Source: Somniosus microcephalus
Taxonomy: Eukaryota
Direction of reading: 5' to 3'
Assembly (NCBI GenBank): GCA_052327205.1
Contig: CM126211.1
Location: forward strand, 10,070,192 to 10,108,000
Length of the DNA stretch: 37,809 bases
In this document: in pieces, positions 1-12,052 of the stretch
How positions within the stretch are numbered: the first letter of the stretch is position 1
How the letters are laid out: each line of letters opens with the position of its first letter
Position numbers and translations under genes: made by a program
Notes under the pieces: model-generated
Databases searched by the model: none
Told to the model about the DNA's origin: nothing
What the model saw: the letters and a program-made list of their open reading frames with translations, nothing else

Positions 1-1730
1 GGTGTGTGGGGTGTGTGGTGGTGTGTGTGTGGGGGTGTGTGTGTGGGGGGTGGGTGTGTGTGGGGTGGGGTGTGGTGTGGGTNNNNNNNNNNNNNNNNNN
101 NNNNNNNNNNNNNNNNNNNNNNNNNNNNNNNNNNNNNNNNNNNNNNNNNNNNNNNNNNNNNNNNNNNNNNNNNNNNNNNNNNNNNNNNNNNNNNNNNNNN
201 NNNNNNNNNNNNNNNNNNNNNNNNNNNNNNNNNNNNNNNNNNNNNNNNNNNNNNNNNNNNNNNNNNNNNNNNNNNNNNNNNNNNNNNNNNNNNNNNNNNN
301 NNNNNNNNNNNNNNNNNNNNNNNNNNNNNNNNNNNNNNNNNNNNNNNNNNNNNNNNNNNNNNNNNNNNNNNNNNNNNNNNNNNNNNNNNNNNNNNNNNNN
401 NNNNNNNNNNNNNNNNNNNNNNNNNNNNNNNNNNNNNNNNNNNNNNNNNNNNNNNNNNNNNNNNNNNNNNNNNNNNNNNNNNNNNNNNNNNNNNNNNNNN
501 NNNNNNNNNNNNNNNNNNNNNNNNNNNNNNNNNNNNNNNNNNNNNNNNNNNNNNNNNNNNNNNNNNNNNNNNNNNNNNNNNNNNNNNNNNTGTGTGTGGG
601 GGGTGTGGTGGGGGGTGTGGGGTGTGGGGGGGGTGTGTGTGTGGGGGTGGGTGTGGTGTGTGGGGTGGGGGGGGGTGTGTGTGGGGGGGGTGGGTGTGTG
701 GGGGGGTGTGTGGGTGTGGGGGTGGGTGTGGGGTGTGGGGGTGGGGGGGTGTGTGTGGGGGGGGGTGGTGGTGTGGGGGGTGTGTGGGGGGTGTGTGGGG
801 GTGGTGTGGGGTGGGGGTGGGGGGGTGTGGTGTGGGGGGGTGTGTGGGGTGGGGGGGGGGGGGGGTGGGTGTGGGGGGGGTGTGTGGGGTGTGTGTGGGG
901 GTGGGTGTGGGTGGTGTGGGTGTGGGGGGGGTGTGTGTGTGGGGGTGGTGTGGGGGGGGGGTGGGGGGGGGGGGGTGGGTGGTGTGTGGGGTGGGGGGGG
1001 TGGTGTGTGGGGGTGTGTGTGGGGGGGGGTGTGTGGGTGTGGGGTGGTGTGTGGGGNNNNNNNNNNNNNNNNNNNNNNNNNNNNNNNNNNNNNNNNNNNN
1101 NNNNNNNNNNNNNNNNNNNNNNNNNNNNNNNNNNNNNNNNNNNNNNNNNNNNNNNNNNNNNNNNNNNNNNNNNNNNNNNNNNNNNNNNNNNNNNNNNNNN
1201 NNNNNNNNNNNNNNNNNNNNNNNNNNNNNNNNNNNNNNNNNNNNNNNNNNNNNNNNNNNNNNNNNNNNNNNNNNNNNNNNNNNNNNNNNNNNNNNNNNNN
1301 NNNNNNNNNNNNNNNNNNNNNNNNNNNNNNNNNNNNNNNNNNNNNNNNNNNNNNNNNNNNNNNNNNNNNNNNNNNNNNNNNNNNNNNNNNNNNNNNNNNN
1401 NNNNNNNNNNNNNNNNNNNNNNNNNNNNNNNNNNNNNNNNNNNNNNNNNNNNNNNNNNNNNNNNNNNNNNNNNNNNNNNNNNNNNNNNNNNNNNTGAGTG
1501 TGGGGGTGGTGGGTGTGGGGGGTGTGTGTGGGGGGTGTGTGTGTGGGGGGGTGCGTGTGTGGGGGGTGCGTGTGTGGGGGGGTGCGTGTGTGGGGGGGTG
1601 CGTGTGTGGGGGGTGCGTGTGTGGGGGGGGGTGTGTGGGAGGGGTGTGTGGGGGGGTGTGTGTGTGGGGGGTGGGGTGTGTGTGGGGGGGGTGTGGGGGT
1701 GTGTGTGGGGGGTGTGGGGGTGTGTGGGGG
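1..1730. repeat. G/T-only low-complexity repeat interrupted by assembly gaps
   Basis: Almost only G and T (GT runs mixed with G runs), broken by two long N blocks. The long ORFs over it are artefacts. Confidence 0.95.
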
Positions 1731-1830
1731 TAAAAGATAACAAACTGAGAAGAACCTTGACAAGGTACAGACTTAGCGAACACAGCCTAGCGATCGAAAA
1801 AGGCAGACACAGGCAGACCAGGCTGCCAAG
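1731..1830 (+). mobile_element. Non-LTR retrotransposon ORF2 C-terminal fragment
   Basis: Translates KDNKLRRTLTRYRLSEHSLAIEKGRHRQTRLP, the RLSxHxLxIExGR motif that precedes the C-terminal Cys/His knuckle of some LINE ORF2s; cut off by a gap. Clade uncertain. Confidence 0.6.
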
Positions 1831-2570
1831 NNNNNNNNNNNNNNNNNNNNNNNNNNNNNNNNNNNNNNNNNNNNNNNNNNNNNNNNNNNNNNNNNNNNNN
1901 NNNNNNNNNNNNNNNNNNNNNNNNNNNNNNNNNNNNNNNNNNNNNNNNNNNNNNNNNNNNNNNNNNNNNNNNNNNNNNNNNNNNNNNNNNNNNNNNNNNN
2001 NNNNNNNNNNNNNNNNNNNNNNNNNNNNNNNNNNNNNNNNNNNNNNNNNNNNNNNNNNNNNNNNNNNNNNNNNNNNNNNNNNNNNNNNNNNNNNNNNNNN
2101 NNNNNNNNNNNNNNNNNNNNNNNNNNNNNNNNNNNNNNNNNNNNNNNNNNNNNNNNNNNNNNNNNNNNNNNNNNNNNNNNNNNNNNNNNNNNNNNNNNNN
2201 NNNNNNNNNNNNNNNNNNNNNNNNNNNNNNNNNNNNNNNNNNNNNNNNNNNNNNNNNNNNNNNNNNNNNNNNNNNNNNNNNNNNNNNNNNNNNNNNNNNN
2301 NNNNNNNNNNNNNNNNNNNNNNNNNNNNNNCTGGGTGGCAGCAGTGTTTTTCAGACAGTGCCTGGCACGAAAGGTCTGGAGCACCAGTGGCGACAAGCCA
2401 GTGTGAATGCCAGATGATTTGATGAAAACTGTGTTTTGAAAATGCTTCAAAGTTCACGTTTGATTTTGTGCCTGACCCGGAGCATCTGCAAACCACAAAA
2501 CAGCTGAATTCCACGATCTTGACGATACAAAAAGGGTTAAGGGCACCAATCAGCCTTCCAACACTTTCCT

Positions 2571-2935
2571 ACAACAACAACTTGTATTTATATAGCGCCT
2601 TTAATGTAGTAAAACGACCCAAGACGCTTCACAGGAGCGTGATCAGGCAAAATCTGACACCGAGCCACATAAGGAGATATTAAGACAGGTAGCTTGGTCA
2701 AAGAGATAGCGTTTAAGGAGCGTCTTAAAGGAGGAAAGAGAGGCAGAGAGGTTTAGGGAGGGAATTTCAGAGCTTGGGACCCAGGCAGCTGAAGGCACGG
2801 CCGCCAATGGTGGGGCGATAAAAATGGGTGATACGCATGAAGCCAGAATTGGGAGGAGCGCAGAGAACTCGGCGGAGGTTGCAGCGATAGGGAGGGACGA
2901 GGCCATGGAGAGATCTGAAAAGAAGGATGGGACGA
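2571..2935 (-). mobile_element. L2-clade LINE 3' end
   Basis: (AAC)n tail plus ttgtatttatatagcgcctttaa; minus strand encodes the GGRAFSCLGPKLWNSLP/SFKTLLK end of L2 ORF2; matches other copies in the window. Confidence 0.85.
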
Positions 2936-3437
2936 CCATTTGAAGGCTCTGTGACAAGCCCAGCTGAGCACCCATGAGCGCGTCAATGTGTAACTTTAAG
3001 ATGCAATGATCGTGGGTATCTGTTTCTAGAAAGAGTCTATGTTGAGAAGGGCAAGTCTTGGATTTAGTGACTACTCCAGGCTCGGTCAAAGTGACAAATC
3101 CAAATAATGCTTGACTTGATTTGAGAGATTCAACATGAAAAATAATAAATCACATTCCGAAAAGGGAAGTTGATGATAATGAGGACTGTGTGAAGCTGGG
3201 GAAAATGTGCAAAATTTTATTGAAAGGTTTTAATAAACTTTTTCAAAAGGACCGTATATTACATAAACAAATGTGAGCTGTGGAACTACTGAATAACTGA
3301 ACAAACCTTTCCTGTTGTAGAACAGACTGAAGTTCAATATAAAGACAAGATCTACATGTTCCTGGGCTTGGGAGAAAAGAGGGAGGCGAGGGGGGGGGCG
3401 GGTGGTGGAGGAAGTAGACTGCGTACTATATAAAGAA

Positions 3438-4063
3438 CAAACTTGCATTTCTACAGCTCCTTTCATGACCTCAGGACATCCCAGAGCGCTGTACAGCCAA
3501 TGAAGTACTTTTGAAGTGTGGTCACTGTTGTAATGTGGGAAACGCGGCAGCCAATTTGCGCACAGCAAGCTCCCACAAACTGCAATGAGATAATGACCAG
3601 ATAATCTATTTTTTTTTAGTGATGTTGGTTGAGGGATAAATATTAGCCAGGACGAACTCTGGAATTCTCTTCCTAAACTTCTCCGCCTCTCTACCTCTCT
3701 CCTCCTTTAAGACACTCTTTAAAACCTACCTCATCTGTCCTAATATCTCCTTAATGTGGCCGGTGTCAGATTTTGTTTGATAATCGCTCCTGTGAAGCGC
3801 CTTGGGATGTTTTGCTACGTTAAAGGCACTATATAAATGTAAGTTGTTGTTGTTGATGTATTGCCATGAGATTGTTTACATCCACCCGAGAGGGAAGACG
3901 GGGCCTCGGTTTAACATCTCATCTGAAAGACGGCACCTCCAACGGTGCAGCGCTCCCTCAGCACTCCACCTAGATTTTTGTTCTCCAGTCTCTGGAGTGG
4001 GACTTGAACCCACAACCCTCTGACTCAGTGGCGAGAGTGCTGCCCACTGAGCCACGGCTGACA
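3438..4063 (-). mobile_element. tRNA-headed Deu-domain SINE (SacSINE1-like), interrupted by an L2 fragment
   Basis: Minus strand begins gtgtcagccgTGGCTCAGTGGg (A box) and GGTTCAAGTCC (B box), then the ggaggtgccgtctttcagatgagatgttaaaccgaggccc core and an L2-like 3' tail; four copies in the window. Confidence 0.75.
3657..3855 (+). mobile_element. L2 3' fragment nested in a SINE
   Basis: ctctggaattctcttcctaaa...gcactatataaatgtaagttgttgttgttg tail, opposite orientation to its host SINE. Confidence 0.8.
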
Positions 4064-4217
4064 CCTGGACATATGGCTACCTGGAGGCCACAACTACAAA
4101 GGGACAACATTCCGCAGCTTCCTTCTCTATTTGGATAACACCCTATTCATTTGTACGTGAAGGGTAACAATTTGCATCGGAAGAGTTCACATGCAGTAGT
4201 AAGGATTTTGAAACACC

Positions 4218-4318
4218 TTCGGACGAAAGGTCAGCGACCTGAACCGTTAACTCTGTTTCTCTCCCCACAGATACTGCCCGACCTGCCGAGTGCTTCCAGC
4301 ATTTCCTGTTTTTATTTT
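4218..4318 (+). mobile_element. Penelope-like pLTR fragment with a degenerate hammerhead motif
   Basis: cggacgaaaggtcagcgacctgaaccgttaactc is a mutated version of the motif at 20531 and 34880, followed by the same ctccacagat..ctgcc..gacctgc..gagt body. Confidence 0.7.
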
Positions 4319-5337
4319 GAATACAGGTATTTTGATGAACTCAGCCATGTAAAAATAAAGGCCAACATAATCTGTGATTCATAAAGAAACTGGTAATCAA
4401 ACCACAGGGGAATTGCTTTGGTGGAAATGGACATCAAAAGACTGTACTACATTTAAAAAAAATACATATTCATGGTGACCAGATTAATGAGAAGCCAAGG
4501 TACATCTCTTTCTATATTTTAATGCTTTGGGATCCGTTCCACAGGACAAAAAAAGGAACCAATAGCTGATGTTATTACAGGAGTGGTTTCAACAGCCAAA
4601 CAGCAAAGATGTCTTCTCCATAAAAGCAGTTGAACAAACACAAGAGCTTCCTCAGTAAAAAGGAATCCAACATCAAACCACCAGTAAAATCCTGAACCCT
4701 AAAACCTCCTTTGAAGAAACCTATTTGAAGTGAGGTATTTCTAGTTATGGGTGATTGAAATGAGAAATCTGTCGCAGCACACGGACATGTTGGCAACATG
4801 ACCTGCTAATTAAATCCATGTGAGGCAGGCTCATCTTAAAAGAGGTTCCAAACATTAGCTTTCTCAACTTATGTCTAGTCAATCAACCGGGCAACATAGT
4901 CTTAAACATGAGACCGCAGTGACGCAAATCCTGCCCCTAAACTAACCACTTTTGCATTTTAACCAGATTCAAACGATAAGCATTGCATATTCTACTAAAC
5001 TAATGTTGCCAACACAAGCTTTGAAAGTGGGAAATTATGCTCAGTAATATGTAAAGCCTGAAGAGGTTTTTCTTTTCCATGATACAGCAACACAATCTTG
5101 AATTTAGCTAACGCTGAGAGAGTCTGGGGAAACGCAAAAGTAGCTCTCGCTTAGAAAAATTAGGAAGATGGAGCTTCTGTCTTCAACACTCTCAACAATA
5201 ACGCATCCGGCTTATTTTGATCAATAAACTGCATTTCTAATTTACAGCACACTCGAGGAAGGCAGACGGCGAGCAGCTATGCTGGGTTAGCAACTTTATA
5301 CGAGGTTTAAAAGGCAGAGATATTGTTTCAAGCTTAC

Positions 5338-5440
5338 AGTGTACGATGACCCCGATGGTGAGACAGTAAGAGAATGCACCCCATCATCCAGCTGGACTGA
5401 CAGCTCCCATCTCTTCTGTTCTTGTTTAGCAGCAGGAACC
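5338..5440 (-). CDS. PCCA: Internal coding exon of propionyl-CoA carboxylase alpha subunit (equivalent to human exon 19)
   Basis: Pyrimidine-rich acceptor ...tttggtctgcAG and donor GTaagc flank 103 bp with an open frame (R)VPAAKQEQKRWELSVQLDDGVHSLTVSPSGSSYT. This aligns without gaps to human PCCA [35 protein letters not shown]; length and phase match human exon 19 as I recall them. Confidence 0.88.
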
Positions 5441-6067
5441 CTGCAGACCAAAGTACAAAGAACATTTTATTTCAAAAAGATGAAAAAGATGTGCTCAATA
5501 AACTTGGATCACAGGGATATATTAAGGGCATTAAATTATTAAATGTCACTTGAATTTTGAGTCTTATTTCATAAATGATCATCCTGTGTACATTTTCTGC
5601 CCAAATTGAAAGAAATTGTTCTGCTCGACTTTCAACACCAGCCCTGCAAACTTGAAAGAAGCTTGTTCACAAAACAAAAACATGCCCTCCCCAAGAGAAC
5701 AAGGCAACTTCTGTTCAAAAAAAAATTAAATGTTAATAAGTGACATTGCTGGAAAATGTAGTTGTGAAATTCTTTTCATTATGTGTACACGTTTGAGTCT
5801 GGCAATTATCTCCATTGACGTATTGCTACATTCAGATCAAATTCAAGGTACTAATCAAAGGAAAAAAATCTCAGTGGTTAGCACCATTTTCAGTCAACTC
5901 TTTTGAAGACTAAGAGCATTTCTGCATCGCAACAAAAGATTGCAATTCTACGTTACACACAGTGATTGAAGAATTGTTCTGATCATTTTTCGACTCTATA
6001 ATGGTAAGCAGCAGCGCTTTATGGGAAACGCTTTTTTTCCAGAAGTTGTAGAAAAAGTAAACAAAAT

Positions 6068-6290
6068 CATACATAGTATGTACAGCACAGAAACAGGCCA
6101 TTCGGCCCATCTGGTCCGTGCCGGTGTTTCTGCTCCACACGAGCCTCCTCCCACCCCTCTTCATCTCACCCCATCGGCATAACCTTCTATTCCTTTCTCC
6201 CTCACGTCTTTATTTAGCTTTCGCTTATGCTGTTCGCCTCAACCACTCCATGTGGTGGAGAGTTCCACATTCTAACCACTCTTGGGTAAA
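6068..6290 (-). mobile_element. CR1 LINE 3' fragment
   Basis: cagcacagaaacaggccattcggccc 3' stem-loop region plus remnant of the FTQRVVRMWNSLP coding end. Confidence 0.8.
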
Positions 6291-6524
6291 ATCTTTCACA
6301 AAATTTATTTTATAAAACACAAAAAACATACACTAGGTATTGGAATGGAAATGCAACTTCTGTTATTGGCAAAGTCAAAATGGTCCACATAATGGACAGA
6401 ACGTTCATCAATTGATAGTGTTAAAAAACCTTACTCCAAGTTATTAATATATTACAACCCCGGCACAAGGCAAGCAGAAGCTAGTGTTCTACTCATGCAG
6501 TTGCGGAATCATTGATCAAAAAGA

Positions 6525-6968
6525 AAAGAAAGACTTGCATTTCTATAGCACCTTTCACGACCACCGGACGTCCCAAAGCATTTTACAGCCAATTAAGTAC
6601 TTTTTGAAGTGTAGTCACTGTTGTAATGTAGGAAACACAGCAGCCAATTTGGGCACAGCAAGCTCCCACAAACAGCAATGTGATAATGACCAGATAATCT
6701 GTTTTAGTGATGTTGATTGAGGGATAAATATTGGCCCCAGGACGCCGGGGAGAACTCCCCCTGCTCTTCTTCGAAATAGTGCCATGGGATCTTCTCCATC
6801 CACCCGAGAGAGCAATCGGGGGGCCTCGGTTTAACGTCTCATCCGAAAGACGGCACCTCCGACAGTGCTGCACTCCCTCAGTACTGCCCTGGGAGTGTCA
6901 GCCTGGATTTCTGTGCTCTGGAGTGGGACTTGAGAGGCGAGGGTGCTACCAACTGGGCCACTGGCTGA
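6525..6968 (-). mobile_element. Deu-domain SINE, nearly complete
   Basis: Colinear with the other three copies: tail, gcagccaatttg..cacagcaagctcccac, Deu core and a partly deleted tRNA-like head. Confidence 0.8.
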
Positions 6969-7065
6969 CAATGACAACCTGGGATTATTGCAGGATTACC
7001 TGCAGTTATGCACGTTAGAGCCACCATTATTCTTCAAAGTGACACCATTCTATATCACCAGTTCG

Positions 7066-7197
7066 GAACACAGGAACAGGAGGAGGCCATTCAGCCCCTC
7101 GAGCCTGTTCCGCCATTCAATTAGATCATGGCTGATCTGTATCTTAACTCCATCTACCCTCCCTGGTTCCAAAACCCTTAATACCCTTACCCAACAA
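7066..7197 (-). mobile_element. CR1 3' end fragment
   Basis: gaacacaggaacaggaggaggccattcagcccctcgagcctgttccgccattcaat, the same 3' end as the longer CR1 copies. Confidence 0.8.
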
Positions 7198-8129
7198 GGG
7201 TTGTTCAGATAAATACATTTTCAATTATAGCTCAGAATTTTTTTAAACACTGGTGCTGTGCATCTTTGTAGCAAATTAATGTACGAATTAAACTGATAAG
7301 AACTCAAACAGTCCTTAAGTGTACTATTTGCATCACTACCACCAGCTTTTATTTTAATAGCTTAATTAGTTTCTGCACCAATCTGCTGCCTTAGCTTGAG
7401 ATCAACAGAAGAGATGCGCCCACCGGGAAGTCAATTTAACAGCAATACATGGTACCCAGGACGCTTACAGCCTATAGTATTACATAAAATAGAACTTTAC
7501 AGCTTCTCAGAAGCACATAAATCACAACCAGTCAACATAATAAAATACCATATTAATTCAGAAATATGACCAATGACTCAATATTTTCTGAGCGTATTTT
7601 GAAAGGCATGGTTAGATTTTTTTAGTTTCAAAAGCTGGAATAGTTTTAGTATTACACTGTCCAGGAAATGCGTATTATAAAAAGGTTAGAATTCTAGCGG
7701 ACAAGATTTAACTTTGCAATGATTATTTGCTAAATTGATTGTTTAGAAGGTGTTAATCTCTTTACTAATTTGCCTGAATTTTTTGTAAAATTGCAAGAGT
7801 ACAATCACACTTAATAAAAACAAGCTAAATTGGTATCACAACACAGCATTGCTTTCTGGACACTGACATGATCTACCCATGCATGAACTGCCCAGATGTA
7901 AACTCTGCTTGTTAAAGTTCCACCCCACGGTGCAGTGACTATTTTTTGTTGAAATTTTAAACAAGAGAAACTCCAGGCTCCAAACAATTCATCTGTAATA
8001 TGCAGAACACTCATCCAGTACATAGTTCCGAGGTGAAATTAATGCTTATGATTTCATCTACGCTACAAAAACAAGTTTCACAAGTGGATTTTTTTCTTCA
8101 TACCTGGCAGAAGCTTTGAAGACAATGTG

Positions 8130-8773
8130 AACAATAACAATTTGCATTTATATAGCGCCTTTAACGTAGTAACATGTTCCAAGGTGTTTCACAGGAGCGT
8201 TATCAGACAAAAATTGACATTGAGCCAAAGAAGGAGATATTAGGTCAGGTGACCAAAAAGCTTGATCAGAGGGGTCAGTTTTAAGAAGCGCCTTAGGAGG
8301 AGAGAGAGGCGGAGGAGTTCAGGGAGGGAATTCCAGAGCTGCTTCTTCTTCTTAGGGCCCAGGCAGCTGAAGGCACGGCCGCCAATGGCGGGGCAATGAA
8401 AATCGGGGATGCACAAGAGGCCAGGATTGGAGGAGCGCAGAGATCTCGGAGGGTTGTAGGGGCTGGAGGAAGTTACAGAGATAGGGAGGGGGGCGAGGGT
8501 CATGGAGGGATGTGAACACGAGGATTAGAATTTTAAAATCGAGGTGTTGCCAGACCGGGACCCAGTGTAGGTCAGCGAGCACAGGGGGTGATGTGGGCGA
8601 ACGGGACTTGGTGCGAGTTAGGACATGGGGCAGCAGAGTTTTGGATGAGCTGAAGTCAGTGGAGGGTGGAAGCTGGGAGGCCGGCCAGGAGAGCATTGGA
8701 ATAGTCAAGTTTGGTGGTAGCAAAAGCATAGATGAGGGTTTCAGCAGCGGATGAGCTGAGGCAGGGGCGGAGA
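8130..8773 (-). mobile_element. L2 LINE, 5'-truncated
   Basis: (AAC)n tail; minus-strand ORF remnants VLADLHWVPV..DFKILILVF and GGRAFSCLGP..LWNSLP. Confidence 0.88.
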
Positions 8774-8785
8774 TAAAAACATCAG

Positions 8786-9405
8786 GGCCCAGAAATTGGG
8801 GCGTATAGCCCCCGTTGTTCAGGTGCTACACGGCCGACTACTCCCCGAAAATGGCAGGCAGGAATCACACGCACACTTCCAACTGGATACTGGGTAAGGA
8901 CAAACAAGAGGTGCTCTTTACCCACACCTGAAGCAGGTGTTAGCCCCTTTGCATATGGAAATAAGAGGCCTAACGCCCACTTCAGATCCCTGCCCTGAAG
9001 CAGCCAGCTGCAGCGTAGGCTGCACTCGGGGAAACCGAGCCTAGGGAACTCCTGCCAAACAAGGTGGTGAGGAACTTACCTGAATGTGGGGCCGGGAGGC
9101 GCACGACCCCACATTAAAAGGTGCCGATCGCTGCTCCATACCCTCCCCCATCGCCACTTCTCACGATCCCCCGATCCTCCCCCTCCCCTCGACGCCCAAT
9201 CTCGGACCCCCCGGCCCGAACCCACTTACTCGAGGGCCACTGCTAGCATCGCAGGAGGTGGATTTTTCTTCACACATTCTCTGGTCTTTATCCATGACAA
9301 TGAGGTCCGAGGCCCAATACCTCACCATTCTGGTGCAGGGTACTTACCCTTTGACCCCCCTCTCCCACCACCGCCCAAAAATGGGCACTCCCGAATTTTT
9401 AGGCC
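8786..9405. mobile_element. PIF/Harbinger-like MITE
   Basis: Imperfect TIRs ggcccagaaatt / aatttttaggcc, flanked by a 3-bp duplication CAG (8783-8785 and 9406-9408). Confidence 0.7.
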
Positions 9406-9484
9406 CAGGAGTTGTATTAAGCATCAGGTCTTATAAAAGCATGCATCTGTTTGCTACATGATGATTACAATTTGAATTGATACA

Positions 9485-9769
9485 CAGTAATCTCTTTCTT
9501 ATCCAGCACCTGTGGGACCAGGATGGTGCCGGTTGATGAAGAATTCTGGATAACAGAGAGGTATACCTACCACGGTGCTGCTTTTCCACTCACCATCACC
9601 ACTGACTAACTCGGCCACCGCGGGAGACTCGGACTCGGCAAAACGTGTGATGGATGGATTCGGCAAGATTACCGGTTATTGAGGTGTTGTTTTGTATTGA
9701 GATGTATCTATTTTGCCGGTTATTAAAGTATTCCGGATGATAAAGTGCCGTTTAAACAAGAGTTTACTG
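9485..9769. mobile_element. pogo/Tigger-like MITE, decayed
   Basis: TIRs cagtaatctctttcttatccagcac / gtgccgtttaaacaagagtttactg; TA on the right and CA on the left; internally similar to 25703-26024. Confidence 0.65.
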
Positions 9770-9850
9770 TACAATAGCAAATTAGCGAGACAAAGACAGA
9801 GAGAAAGAGGAAGTTTATAAAAGAAAGAGTGATAGAAAGAGATAGAGAGA

Positions 9851-10983
9851 GAATTGCATTTACATAACGCCTACCACAATCGCAGATCATCCCAAATCGT
9901 TTTCCAGCCAATGAAGTACTTCTTAAAAAATGGAGTCACTGTTGTAATGTAGGAAACACGGCAGCCAATTTGCGCACAGCAAGGTCCCACAAACAGCAAT
10001 GAGATACTGACCAGATAACCTGTTTTAGTGATGTTGGTTGAGGGATAAACATTGGCCCAAGGACACCGGGGAGAACAACAACAACAATAACTTGTAGTAT
10101 AACGTCCCGCGGCGCTTCACAGGAGTATTACAAGACAAGAAATGTGACGCCGAGCTGCATAAGGAGAATTTAGGGCAGGTGACCAAAAGCTTGGTCAAAG
10201 AGGTCAGTTTTAAGGAGCGTCTTAAAGGAGGAAAGAGAGGTAGCGAGGCGTAGAGGGTTAGGGAGGGAATTCCAGAGCTTAGGGCCCAGGCAACCAAAGG
10301 CACGGCCACCAATGGTTGAGCGATTATAATCAGGGATGCTCAAGAGGGCAGAATTAGAGGAGGGCCGATATCTCGGGGGGTTTGTGGGGCTGGAGGAGAT
10401 TACAGAGATAGGGAGGGGCGAGGCCATGGAGAGGTTTGAACAAAGGATGAGAATTTTGAAATCGAGGTGTTGCTTAACCGGGAGCCAATGTAGGTCAGCG
10501 AGCACAGGGGTGATGGGTGAACGGGACTTGGTGCGAGTTAGGACACGGGCAGCTGAGTTTTGGATCACCTCAAGTTTGCGTAGGGTAGAACGTGGGAGGC
10601 CGGCCAGGGGAGCTTTGGAATAGTCAAGTCTAGAGGTAACAAAGGCATGGATGAGGGTTTCAGCAGCGGATGAGCTGAGGCAAGGGGCGGAGACGGGCGA
10701 TGTTACGGAGGTGGAAATAGGCGGTCTTAGTTATGCCACGGATATGTGGTTGGAAACTCATTTCAAAGTCAAATATGACACCAAGGCTGCTAACTCCCCT
10801 GCTCTTCGAAATAGTGCCGGGGGATCCTTTACGTCCACCTGAGAGAGCAGACGGGGCCTCGGTTTAACGTCTCATCCGAAAGACTGCACTGGAGTGCCAC
10901 CCTGGATTATGTGCTCAAGTCCCTGAAGTGGGACTTGAATCCACGTTCTTCTGACTCAGAGGCGAGAGAGAGTGCTCCCACTG
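9851..10983 (-). mobile_element. Deu-domain SINE split by an L2 insertion
   Basis: SINE sequence ggggagaac|tcccctgctcttcgaaatagtgcc is broken at about 10074 and resumes at about 10792; B-box head at about 10925-10983. Confidence 0.8.
10074..10791 (-). mobile_element. L2 LINE, 5'-truncated, nested in a SINE
   Basis: ORF 10170-10568(-) IQNSAARVLTRTK..ITPVLADLHWLPV..GGRAFGCLGPKLWNSLP; (AAC)n tail. Confidence 0.9.
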
Positions 10984-11195
10984 ATATAAGGCGGACACTT
11001 ACAAATTTCTAAATAACAGATCATAAATGGGGGGTTAAAGCAGTGAATAGGGGTGATGGGCAGCTGCAGCAGAATTTTACTTTCACTTTTAATCAGAGGG
11101 CCCAGGCAGACGATTTTATTAGAAGTGGGAATGGTATAAGACTGTATTAAATCATGTGTTTGAAAAGAACAATATGCTGCGAGAGAGATTACTGT

Positions 11196-11820
11196 ATATA
11201 GAATCAATGATACAGCACAGAAGGAGGCCATTTGACCCAGCGTGCCTGTGCCGGCTCTTCGGTCAAGCTCTCCAATTAGTCCCACTCCCCTTGCTCTTTT
11301 CCCAGAGCCCTGTAATTTTTTTGCCTTCAAGTATTTATCCAATTCCCTTTTGAAAGTTACTATTGAATCTGCTTCCACCGCCCTTTCAGGCAGCGCATTC
11401 CAGATCACAACAACTCGCTATGTAAAAAATGTTTCCTCATATCGCCTCTGGTTCATTTGCCAAGCAACTTAAATCTGTGTCCTCTGGTTACTGACCCGTC
11501 TGCCACCGGAAACAGTCTCTCCTTGTTTACTCTATCGAAACTATTCATGATTTTGAACCTCTATCAAATTTCCTCTTAACCTTCTCTGCTCCGAGGAGAA
11601 CAACCCCATCTTCTCCAGTCTCTCCAAATAACTGAAGGCCCTCAGCGCTGGTACCATTCCAGCAATCCTCTTCTGCACCCTCTCCAAGATCTTGACACAT
11701 CCTTCATAAAGTGCAGTGCCCAGAATTGAACACAATACTCCAGCTGAGGTCTAACCAGTGTTTTATAAAGGTTTAGCATAAGTTCCTTGCTTTTCTGCTC
11801 TAATCCGCTATTAATAAAGC
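11196..11820 (-). mobile_element. CR1 LINE 3' fragment
   Basis: Remnants LYKTLVRPQLEYCVQFW, RRLRGNLIEV, WNALPERAVEA and a CR1 3' end. Confidence 0.88.
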
Positions 11821-12052
11821 AATATCTAAAATCCGAAACTAGGGCCTTAAGTCTAAACAAAGCAAATTACGTAGGCATGAGGGGTGAGTTGGCTGAGGTA
11901 GATTGGAAAAATACATTAAAAGGTATGACAGTAGATGAGCAATAGCTAGCATTTAAAGAATTAATACATAATTTACAACAAATTTACATTCCTTTAAGGC
12001 ACAAAAACCCCACAGGAAAAGTGTTCCAACCGTGGCTAACAAGAGAAGTTAA

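Noticed and set aside
2-2422. Long Gly/Val/Cys/Trp ORFs of 497-806 aa
   Set aside because: Artefacts of G/T-only sequence, which cannot contain stop codons, and of N gaps.
2331-2486. Possible minus-strand exon after a tttgcAG acceptor
   Set aside because: No frame resembles the next PCCA exon (VEVDGSKLNV...) or another protein I recognise, and the donor side would fall in a gap.
3995-4063. tRNA gene
   Set aside because: The A and B boxes are the head of a multi-copy SINE, not a free tRNA.
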